From a virus (taxonomy: Duplodnaviria; Heunggongvirae; Uroviricota; Caudoviricetes): a stretch of 48,461 nucleotides of DNA. Location: IMG/VR virus record IMGVR_UViG_2778261094_000010, positions 1 through 48,461 of that record. One strand, written 5' to 3'. This document shows positions 19,129 to 26,852 of this stretch, one piece after another (positions within the stretch are counted from its first letter, which is position 1; the number at the start of each line of letters is the position of its first letter). Below the pieces are notes generated by a model, which worked only from the letters and a program-made list of their open reading frames with translations, was not told the origin of the DNA and ran no database searches. Made by a program: the position numbers and the translations under genes.

Positions 19129-20790
19129 TTACACACCATCAAACGCCGCAAGCCGCTCTTTGTGGCTGTCGCTCATATCGAATGCAAATTCCTCATGCTC
19201 TGCCTGGAATGTGCCAAACGCCATCAGCGCCGCAACGCTCGGGTCTATCTTGTTGGATGATTTTTTCTTGTTCGGCTTGATATTGGCGTTCGCGTCACTC
19301 TGCATCACAACATTACTCATTGACCAGGCCAGCACCGGATCGCCACGATGCACAATCACCTTCCGGTTAACAAAAACTTCGAACGATTTCGCCGCCGGAC
19401 TGAAACGAAGGTATGTTTGCGGGAACGGCTCCACCTCAAATCCTGCCCCCTGTAGCTGCGTCCTCAGGTGCGTGGCGTTCCATGTATCGAAGCCCACCAG
19501 CCTGATATTGAAATTCTCTGCATCCGCCATGATGTCATCACGGATACGGTCATAATCAATGCAGTCACCCGGTGTTGTGCGTATCCAGCCCGCCTTTACC
19601 CACTGGCGATAGATGGCGCGGTTTTTATTGGCGGGGTTCTGTAGCTGAAATTCAGGCAGATAGTGACGGGAAACCAGCATAATCTTTTTACCGACCGGAA
19701 AGGCATAGCACACGCTGGAAATATCGCTGGTTGATGATAAGTCCAGCCCCGCGTAGCACTCCTGCCCGTATAAATCCGCCTCCGCGAACGTTCCGGCGCA
19801 CTCCGCCCATGCACCGTTACCCATCCACGGCGTAGCCCCCTGACACCAGATATTGAATCGCTTGGTGAGCATTTCCACCCACTGCGACGGAATACCCCGC
19901 GCTTTCTGGATGGTTGAGGCCAGTTTTTCACGATCGACGGAAACATCGATATTGGGATTCGCCTTTATCCACATCGCCGGATCGTCAACCTCGCTTTCAT
20001 CATCCAGCTCGTAAATCAGCACGAACATGGATTCGTTCACCTCTTCACCATCCAGTATCTGGCAGCAATAGTCATAGTGTTGTTTACAGGCTGAAACAAC
20101 GTTGCTCCCCGATGTGGTGATGGCAAATAACAGCCCCTCCGGACGCGCCCCCATTCCCAGTTCAAGCGCGGAATAAACCCCGTTGTCAGGGTGCAGGTGA
20201 TATTCATCCACAATGGCAAGGCTCGGGTTTGTACCTTCAATGGTTGCCGCTTTTGCTGCCAGTGGCTTTAACAGGCTGTTGGTTTTCGGGTGTATCACCT
20301 TGTGTGCCTGAATATTTACCCGCTTTCGTAACGGTCGGGATAAAAGGCACATCTGACGCGCATCATCAAACACGATCCGCGCCTGATCACGACTCACGGC
20401 GGCGGTGTAAATATCCTGCTGCCCGTTTTCCATAACCAGAAACCAGTTAGCCAGGATAGCGGCGACCGTGGATTTGGCATTTTTTCGCGGCACTTCAATG
20501 AATGCGCTGGTGTATTTGCGCCGTCCGGTGGCCTTAACCTTAAAGCCCAGGATGCACGCAAAGGCGAACTGCTGCCACGGCTCCAGCTCAATGGGGCTAC
20601 CGCGCATTGCGCCTTTTACGTGCGGACACACCCTGGAAAAGGCAATAAACCGCTCCACGACCTCCGGATCGAACGTGTAAAGGGGGTTTTCAAGGTCAGA
20701 AAAATACCGTTTAACGGCCTGTTTCAGTCGTTTACAGGCCGTAATTTTGCCGTTTTTTACGCCTTCTGCGTACTCATGCCAGGCGGTCAA
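19129..20790 (-). CDS. terL: Satellite terminase large subunit (intact)
   Basis: 553 aa with N-terminal ATPase and C-terminal nuclease domain (AGLDLSSTSD, KIDPSVAALMAF); apparent TTG start at 20788..20790 overlapping the TerS stop, preceded by a GAGGAAGAGGA ribosome-binding site. Confidence 0.9.
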   Translation of the reverse strand: MTAWHEYAEGVKNGKITACKRLKQAVKRYFSDLENPLYTFDPEVVERFIAFSRVCPHVKGAMRGSPIELEPWQQFAFACILGFKVKATGRRKYTSAFIEVPRKNAKSTVAAILANWFLVMENGQQDIYTAAVSRDQARIVFDDARQMCLLSRPLRKRVNIQAHKVIHPKTNSLLKPLAAKAATIEGTNPSLAIVDEYHLHPDNGVYSALELGMGARPEGLLFAITTSGSNVVSACKQHYDYCCQILDGEEVNESMFVLIYELDDESEVDDPAMWIKANPNIDVSVDREKLASTIQKARGIPSQWVEMLTKRFNIWCQGATPWMGNGAWAECAGTFAEADLYGQECYAGLDLSSTSDISSVCYAFPVGKKIMLVSRHYLPEFQLQNPANKNRAIYRQWVKAGWIRTTPGDCIDYDRIRDDIMADAENFNIRLVGFDTWNATHLRTQLQGAGFEVEPFPQTYLRFSPAAKSFEVFVNRKVIVHRGDPVLAWSMSNVVMQSDANANIKPNKKKSSNKIDPSVAALMAFGTFQAEHEEFAFDMSDSHKERLAAFDGV

Positions 20791-21130
20791 GCTCGTCCTC
20801 TTCCTCTGTTTCCGGTGGATTTCTGCGGCGACTTACCGGGTCAAAACCCAGCAAAGAAGCCATTTTGATCATTATTCTTTCAGCGTCAGCCTTTGCGCTC
20901 AGGGCGGGGTTTCTGCTCTCGCTGCCCTGACTGTTAACAATGCTGAACCCGCGCGTGGCAAGGTCTTCGACGGCTTTGCGGTATATGGAGTAGTTAACAC
21001 AATACAGCTCCAGATTGCTCCAGTCGGCGGGGGTAAGGTCTTCCCGTCCGGAAAGCTGGCGCGATTTTTCCTTCCACTGCCTGACCGCGATTTCATCCAG
21101 GTAAGCGGGGGCTTTTGGTGGTCTTGCCAT
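20774..21130 (-). CDS. terS: Satellite terminase small subunit (P27-like family)
   Basis: Translation from MARPPKAPAYLDEIAVRQW resembles P27-family small terminases; start assigned to the ATG at 21130. Confidence 0.8.
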   Translation of the reverse strand: MARPPKAPAYLDEIAVRQWKEKSRQLSGREDLTPADWSNLELYCVNYSIYRKAVEDLATRGFSIVNSQGSESRNPALSAKADAERIMIKMASLLGFDPVSRRRNPPETEEEDELDRLA

Positions 21131-21418
21131 GTTCTTTTTTCGCCCAATTATTTTCAAAAAAATTCCCGTGCACAAAAATTTGAGGAGGCGGTCGGTGTCC
21201 GGCAGGGACGGTTTCGTCCTGAAAACCACCCCCACCCCCTCTGACGGCCTCACCAGCGATTGCGAAAACATTCCATGACCTCGCGGTCACGGTCGGTTAA
21301 TCACTTCGCTGTGGTGCGTTTTGTGCGCCCTGTCCTGTTGGCTTTGTGCCCTGTCTCCTGTGTCTTCCATAAGTCACGCTGCCTTATCAGTCCACGTATC
21401 AGCCTGGTTTGCTCCTGT

Positions 21419-21859
21419 TCAGTCATCATCGCCATACATCCAGTCGTTACGGTGTGCTGCCCGTTCTTCCTGCTCGCGATACATGCCCGCCTTACGGTTC
21501 GCTTTCGTGGCTGGATCTTCCCGTGTCGTCTTACGGTTGTGGCACGTCTGGCACAATGCCTGGTGGTTCCACTCAGGCCAGAAGAGAACATCACCGCCGC
21601 CATTGATGGGGATGATGTGATCCACCACAAGAGCTGGCGTATAAATCCCCTTAGCCAGACAACGCACGCATAACGGGTTTTTGCTCAGGTACAGGGCGCG
21701 GTATTTGTCCCACTGTCGGGAATACCCGCGCGCGCGGCGGTGTCCCCGTCTGGCATCCTCTGCACGCCATGCAGCCCGTCTGTGCTCTTCACACTTGCCG
21801 GACTTCACGCGCTTATTACAGCCCGGCTCAGTGCATCGCCTTAATGGTTGCCACGGCAT
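21419..21859 (-). CDS. HNH endonuclease (terminase-associated)
   Basis: Cys-rich zinc-finger motifs (CNKRVKSGKCEEH, CVRC, CQTCH) and HNH-like His/Asn; located upstream of terS-terL as in HK97-like packaging modules. Confidence 0.85.
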   Translation of the reverse strand: MPWQPLRRCTEPGCNKRVKSGKCEEHRRAAWRAEDARRGHRRARGYSRQWDKYRALYLSKNPLCVRCLAKGIYTPALVVDHIIPINGGGDVLFWPEWNHQALCQTCHNRKTTREDPATKANRKAGMYREQEERAAHRNDWMYGDDD

Positions 21860-22161
21860 CAGTACACCCCCACATCACGATAAACCGACCAGAGCGCAGA
21901 AATAGCCATAGGCAGTTCAGACTGCTCCACTGGTGAAACTGCTTCCCTGTTCTCGTACAGGAAAGCGATGTACATCAGGCAACCAACACGCATTGCCGGG
22001 GTAAATTCCAGCCCGTCTTCAAAACGTTTCCCGATATGCTTCTGGCAGGCTTCCAGCGCCGCATCGGTATACATTTTCAGAAGTTCGCCTTCACCGGATA
22101 AATCATCATCAAGTCGAAGATGTGCCCTGACTTCATCAGGTGTAATTCTGGCTTCACTCAT
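21859..22161 (-). CDS. Satellite head-tail connector protein (gp6-like)
   Basis: Translation from MSEARITPDEVRAHLRLDDDL parallels the helper gp6-like protein (MLLKEEEIKSHLRLDD); GGGAGA ribosome-binding site before the ATG at 22161. Confidence 0.7.
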   Translation of the reverse strand: MSEARITPDEVRAHLRLDDDLSGEGELLKMYTDAALEACQKHIGKRFEDGLEFTPAMRVGCLMYIAFLYENREAVSPVEQSELPMAISALWSVYRDVGVY

Positions 22162-23368
22162 CTTTTCTCCCTTTAATTTCCACAGTCTGTTTCCATGCCT
22201 GGCTGAACTCATCACCACCTTCACGCGGCGGCATACCCTCGCGTTCGCGAGCTTCGTTCGGATTCATGATCCCGCTCTTAATCCCTTTCTCATACGTGGC
22301 ATAACGTTCGGTGGGTGTGGCGCGCAGTAAATCGGCTGAATCAAACTCAACCAGATAACGGGTACCAGGTACGGGAGAAGTCACCAGCAAAGCGGCCTTG
22401 ATTTGCTGTTCGAAGTTCGCCAGCCACGGGCGCATTGTCATGGTCAGAAATGCGCGGCTCGCCTCACTGAAATTGCTGTAGGTGCTGTTGCTGTATTCCT
22501 GAAGAAAAATCGGCGACACGTTGAACATCCTGGCGATGTCTTCAATGGAGAAGCGACGGGAGGCCAGCCATTCCGCATCCTGGTTACTCATCCCCAGCTG
22601 CCTGTAATCCATGCCCCCTTCAAGGATTGGCGTTTTTCCGGCATTTTTCGCCCCCTTGTAGCGTTCCAGTGCGTCTAATGCCTGTTTACCTTTCACGCCG
22701 TCCAGCCATTCACCTGACGTGATAATCCCTGCCGCCATCATGCCATCTTTCATAATGCTGGCTCCGTGACGCTGTTGAGCAAGGCCAAGCCCCAGCGCCT
22801 CACGGCAAATCGTGACGGGGGAACGCCCCAGAAAGCCATCATCCGAGGCATAGCGGAGATGCAGAACTTCTTCCTGTAAATACGTGCGCACCGTTCCTGT
22901 ACAGGGTTCGGTGATGGTATAGCGGTATTTGTGTGTGCCTGTGCGTTCCGGTACAACACACCCCGGCGCATAAGGATGAAGTGATTTTGGCTGCCCGTCC
23001 CGCCCCCACTCAATAACCGCATAGGCGTTACCGTTCAGCAGGCAGTGACGCATCATTGTGCGTTTAAACTGGTAAGGTGTCAGGCACGAATTAGGCTGCT
23101 CATTCAGCAGAATATCTACCGGGTGACTGTCCAGCCATTCCCGCGCCTCTCTGCCCTTATCATTGCGTACCAGATACAGGTAACACGGCATCGTGGCCAC
23201 CGCCTCAGCGATGACAGAAACCGCGTTCATCACAGCAGGCAATGATTCAGCCGTCCCGGCAGAAACATATTCTCCGGATCCGGTATTTGGTACACCAGAC
23301 AACGCCAGAAAATCATCAATGGACAGGTTACGCAGATCGCTTTTTTTACGACTAAAAGGCCACCACAT
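22154..23368 (-). CDS. Satellite portal protein (HK97 family)
   Basis: Portal-like sequence; start assigned to the ATG at 23368 (MWWPFSRKK), one nt after the protease stop. Confidence 0.85.
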   Translation of the reverse strand: MWWPFSRKKSDLRNLSIDDFLALSGVPNTGSGEYVSAGTAESLPAVMNAVSVIAEAVATMPCYLYLVRNDKGREAREWLDSHPVDILLNEQPNSCLTPYQFKRTMMRHCLLNGNAYAVIEWGRDGQPKSLHPYAPGCVVPERTGTHKYRYTITEPCTGTVRTYLQEEVLHLRYASDDGFLGRSPVTICREALGLGLAQQRHGASIMKDGMMAAGIITSGEWLDGVKGKQALDALERYKGAKNAGKTPILEGGMDYRQLGMSNQDAEWLASRRFSIEDIARMFNVSPIFLQEYSNSTYSNFSEASRAFLTMTMRPWLANFEQQIKAALLVTSPVPGTRYLVEFDSADLLRATPTERYATYEKGIKSGIMNPNEAREREGMPPREGGDEFSQAWKQTVEIKGRKDE

Positions 23369-23369
23369 A

Positions 23370-23930
23370 TCACAACCCCGCCAGTTCAGCCCAGCGATGA
23401 CGATTATTTCCTGCCGGGCGTAATTCAGGGTACTGTGCAAACAACGAACGGTGGGCAATCTCCACGCCGGATTCGGGATAAGCAGGCATCGATGTTATCG
23501 TGATTTCACGGAGTTCTGCGGCGGTTACAGTACGCAGATACGGTTTTTGCGCGATATTCCACTCCTCGCATAATGCGCGAAAGCCAAAGCTCATTCCTGT
23601 AATATCGCCACGTTCCACCAGCGTAAGCACATCTTTTCCAAGCTGGGTATTTGGCGGTGTCAGTTCAAAACGTAGCCCGGTGTTATCCTCAGTCAGTACC
23701 AGTGAGCCGGATTTGGTACGCCCCAGCAGTTGGGTATAGTCATGCTCATACAGACAGCGCACATCATTACCCGCCGCCAGATAGTCAGCAAAAGCCCCCG
23801 GCGTGAACTGTTCGCGAAACTCGTCCCAGATAATTTCTGAAAGGCTGTTCCAGCGAACGGCATAACCCACCAGTTTTTTATCGCTGGCGGTCAGTTCAGA
23901 TGTACGGATTTCAAAATCGGTGTTTTTCAT
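23370..23930 (-). CDS. Satellite prohead protease (HK97 family)
   Basis: Translation from MKNTDFEIRTSELTASDKKLVGYAVRWN with conserved His/Ser regions (YEHD, GMSFGF); GGAG ribosome-binding site before the ATG at 23930. Confidence 0.85.
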   Translation of the reverse strand: MKNTDFEIRTSELTASDKKLVGYAVRWNSLSEIIWDEFREQFTPGAFADYLAAGNDVRCLYEHDYTQLLGRTKSGSLVLTEDNTGLRFELTPPNTQLGKDVLTLVERGDITGMSFGFRALCEEWNIAQKPYLRTVTAAELREITITSMPAYPESGVEIAHRSLFAQYPELRPAGNNRHRWAELAGL

Positions 23931-23979
23931 CGGTGTACTCCATAAAGCTGAAAAAGGAGGCCGAAGCCCCCTTTGCTCA

Positions 23980-25125
23980 TTACTTGCCAGCCTGAATTTC
24001 CAGAATCTTGATGGCGTTCGAATCCACCACACCACCGCCCAGATATTTCTGGGTATAGATGTTAATGAATCCAGGCTCGCTGAAATCCGGACGGGTACGC
24101 GTACCGGTTTTATGGTCAACGATGAAATAACCGCGCTTAAAGTCACCGACTGCAATCACACCGTCCGGCATAAATTCCAGATATTCAACCGGAAGCCCCA
24201 GCAGAGAATCAGGATCACCAGCCTGTAAACGATCGCGCCAGATGTAATCACCAGTGGCATTTTTCAGTTTTTGTGCGGAGGCGGCTGTATTTGAGTTCAT
24301 CACCCATACAGCTTTTTTGCGGTACTTATTGCGCAGCGTAAATTTCAGGTCAATCAGCATATCGGCGCTGAGACTGCCAGTCACTTTTTTCGTCTGGAGC
24401 GTACCGAAAGGACGGGTTTTGTCATTATCCGTAGTGCGCGGGAAAGTCAGGAAACCTTTGGCTTTTTTCTCGCCATCACCGGAAACCAGATCCGTTTCTT
24501 CGGTATCAACGAAAGTGTCGCCAATTTCAGAAGATAACCAGCCCATAATATCGACTTCGGAAAAATCGATAATTTCCTGAGTGGTTTTCGGGTAAGCGTA
24601 GATCGGATACAGGCGGATACTGACTTCATTCAGTTTTGGGGTTGCCGTCTGGTTACGTGCCGCACCTTCTTCGCCGTGTCCCACGACCGCACCCCCGGCA
24701 GAAACCAGTTGCTTAAATTCATTACTGTGAATGGTTTTAACAGTACAGATTTTACGCATCACCGACTCATCAGAAAGCTGACGCATAATTTCTCTGTTCA
24801 GTTCCGGGATAACCGTATAACCACCATCAGCCGGAACACTGCCGGACAGGTTGCGGGTTTCCCCGGTCAGAATGTAAGAGCGTAGCTCGTCTTTGGTGAT
24901 TTTATCTTCGACGGGAACACCAGGCTGGTTACGTTCTTCATCAGCCACAGACTCGAGGCGGGAAATTTCTGTGTCGAGGGAATCGGCTTTTGCACGCAGT
25001 TCATCAAACTGTTTGCCCTCGTCATCGGTTAGACTGCGGTTTTCACTGTCGGCTTTTTCCAGCAGGGATCGCATCTGGTTTTTCAGGGCGGTTTTTTGCT
25101 GGCGGAGTTCGATTAATTTCTTCAT
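23980..25125 (-). CDS. Satellite major capsid protein (HK97 fold)
   Basis: 381 aa; N-terminal coiled-coil delta-like domain followed by an HK97 core (ADGGYTVIPEL); homologous in outline to the helper capsid protein but clearly diverged. Confidence 0.9.
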   Translation of the reverse strand: MKKLIELRQQKTALKNQMRSLLEKADSENRSLTDDEGKQFDELRAKADSLDTEISRLESVADEERNQPGVPVEDKITKDELRSYILTGETRNLSGSVPADGGYTVIPELNREIMRQLSDESVMRKICTVKTIHSNEFKQLVSAGGAVVGHGEEGAARNQTATPKLNEVSIRLYPIYAYPKTTQEIIDFSEVDIMGWLSSEIGDTFVDTEETDLVSGDGEKKAKGFLTFPRTTDNDKTRPFGTLQTKKVTGSLSADMLIDLKFTLRNKYRKKAVWVMNSNTAASAQKLKNATGDYIWRDRLQAGDPDSLLGLPVEYLEFMPDGVIAVGDFKRGYFIVDHKTGTRTRPDFSEPGFINIYTQKYLGGGVVDSNAIKILEIQAGK

Positions 25126-25360
25126 GAAGGTTTTCTCGCATTGGTTAAGATTCAGGACGTGAAACCAACACGGGGGGAGCGCCGCCCGACACTCTCGGCA
25201 TCTCGCAGATCAACCCGGCATCGCGCAGGGGGTCAGGCGGCATTGTGGCGGCTCACGTCTGAGTGCCACACGCCAACATATACATAAAAATCAGTATGTA
25301 AACATCAGCCAGAATCACCGAACAACCTGGAACAACCACGAACAAATAATTTACAAAACC

Positions 25361-25396
25361 TGAAAAAAGGCCCGGAAAAAATCCGGGCCTTTATCG
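25361..25396 (-). terminator. Rho-independent terminator (bidirectional hairpin GGCCCGG-N7-CCGGGCC flanked by A and T runs)
   Basis: Perfect 7-bp stem with A6 upstream and T-rich downstream, immediately 3' of the minus-strand gene ending at 25399. Confidence 0.7.
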
Positions 25397-25398
25397 CT

Positions 25399-25647
25399 TT
25401 ATTGTTTCACTGGCTCCCGCATTCTGCGTCTTATTTTCCACAAATATTCGATCATCGCTTCCACCTGCTCACGGTTGGTTGCGAAAATTTCCCCGGTCAG
25501 TGAGCTACGCAGAAAATCATGATGATCCACAAAAAATAACGCATCGGAAGAAAGCAACCGACGATATTTTTTTGCTGTCGTGGTTTCCAGATCATCAAAA
25601 CCATGAAGCTTTTTATGTTGCTGAACTTCTTCAAATGTCACTGGCAT
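25399..25647 (-). CDS. Hypothetical satellite protein
   Basis: 82 aa ORF overlapping the upstream gene end and followed by a terminator; no recognisable motif. Confidence 0.4.
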   Translation of the reverse strand: MPVTFEEVQQHKKLHGFDDLETTTAKKYRRLLSSDALFFVDHHDFLRSSLTGEIFATNREQVEAMIEYLWKIRRRMREPVKQ

Positions 25648-26180
25648 GTATCCCCCTTTGCTGCCCGGCGCTGGCGCTTGTGCTTCTCATTCAGCACCAT
25701 CAGCCGTGTTTCTGCCTCCTGCTGTTCCTGTGGTGTCACTTCCCCACATGGCTGGCCTTTCAGGTCGTAACGTGCGCCACCAGCTATCAGGGCGCGGTAA
25801 TAGCGCGGAGACTGCGCATAGGATGCCAGCGTCGCACGTAATACCCCCGACCCGAATGCCAGCCCCCTGACGGCGATATCCTGCATCAGGTCGTCGAATA
25901 TCCCCACCTTAAGCGGCTTCGGTGCTTTATGGCTGAATAAGTCAGGCCACATCTCAGTGAGGCGGTTAACGCGTCGGCGGTTTTTGCGCTGCCTTTTGGT
26001 CATATGCTGCCACGGTGTCGCCCCTGCGGTCTTCTGTTTGCGGCTCTGCTGTGCGTTCTGATTATCGGGTATCACTTTATGCGCCGATGTGGTTTTATCC
26101 TGCTCTTGCGCCGCCTGCGTCGTTTTCTGCGGCGTGCCGTAAATGCCTTTCGGCTTCCGGTTAATGGTCAGCGTTGTCAT
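25638..26180 (-). CDS. ProQ/FinO-family RNA-binding protein (putative RNA chaperone)
   Basis: Basic N-terminus, then a FinO/ProQ-like core (PLKVGIFDDL...RYDLKG). Confidence 0.55.
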   Translation of the reverse strand: MTTLTINRKPKGIYGTPQKTTQAAQEQDKTTSAHKVIPDNQNAQQSRKQKTAGATPWQHMTKRQRKNRRRVNRLTEMWPDLFSHKAPKPLKVGIFDDLMQDIAVRGLAFGSGVLRATLASYAQSPRYYRALIAGGARYDLKGQPCGEVTPQEQQEAETRLMVLNEKHKRQRRAAKGDTCQ

Positions 26181-26216
26181 GCCTTCCCCCGTAATTACTC
26201 TGTTCGCTGTTGTGAA

Positions 26217-26642
26217 TTAAAACGGTATGTTATCCCCGTACGGGTCATCGTGCTGGCTTGTCTGTTGTTTTGCCCTGTTCAGTGCGTCAGTGGCCTGGCC
26301 CTGTTGACCTTTTTTGCCGCCCGGTCGCGCCGTTCGCGCACTGATTACGCTGTCTGCAATAACCTGCCAGCCCTGCCGCGTTTCCCCGTTCTGGCCTGTC
26401 CACTGGCTCACCTGCATGTTACCCGCCACGCTCACCAGTTCGCCTTTGTGGTGTTTTGCCAGTGCGTCGGCCTGTCTGCCAAACGCCAGGACAGATAACC
26501 ACATCGTCGCCGTTCCGTCATCTGCCTGGCTGCACGGCAGGGGAACCGCCATACTCGCCATCGCCATTTGTGTCCCTTTGCTGGTGGTCTTTAACTGCGG
26601 GTCAGCCACCAGCCGCCCGTAAGCCGCTATCTGTGCTGTCAT
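26217..26642 (-). CDS. ssb: Single-stranded DNA-binding protein (SSB)
   Basis: OB-fold-like N-terminal region, Gly/Gln-rich linker and an acidic C-terminal tail ending DDPYGDNIPF (compare the canonical SSB DDDIPF tail). Confidence 0.7.
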   Translation of the reverse strand: MTAQIAAYGRLVADPQLKTTSKGTQMAMASMAVPLPCSQADDGTATMWLSVLAFGRQADALAKHHKGELVSVAGNMQVSQWTGQNGETRQGWQVIADSVISARTARPGGKKGQQGQATDALNRAKQQTSQHDDPYGDNIPF

Positions 26643-26706
26643 GCTGTCTGTTCTCCGGTTTTAACGTTGATTGTTACGCTTGTTTACACCCTTACGGTGA
26701 AATTCT

Positions 26707-26829
26707 GCGGGTTATAATCGCACTTTTGCGGGTTATAACTGCCGTTTTGCGGGTTACGTGCGGGTTATTGATTTCCTTTTTATTCATACAGTTAATGCAC
26801 TTATACACAGGATAACCCGCATAACCCGC
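26707..26829. repeat. Iteron cluster A (putative satellite replication origin): 4 direct GCGGGTTA(T/C) repeats, AT-rich spacer, 2 inverted ATAACCCGC copies
   Basis: Direct copies at 26707..26715, 26728..26736, 26749..26757 and 26760..26768; inverted copies at 26812..26829; located just downstream of the replication protein gene. Confidence 0.7.
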
Positions 26830-26852
26830 AACTTTTTACATCACACAGGGGG

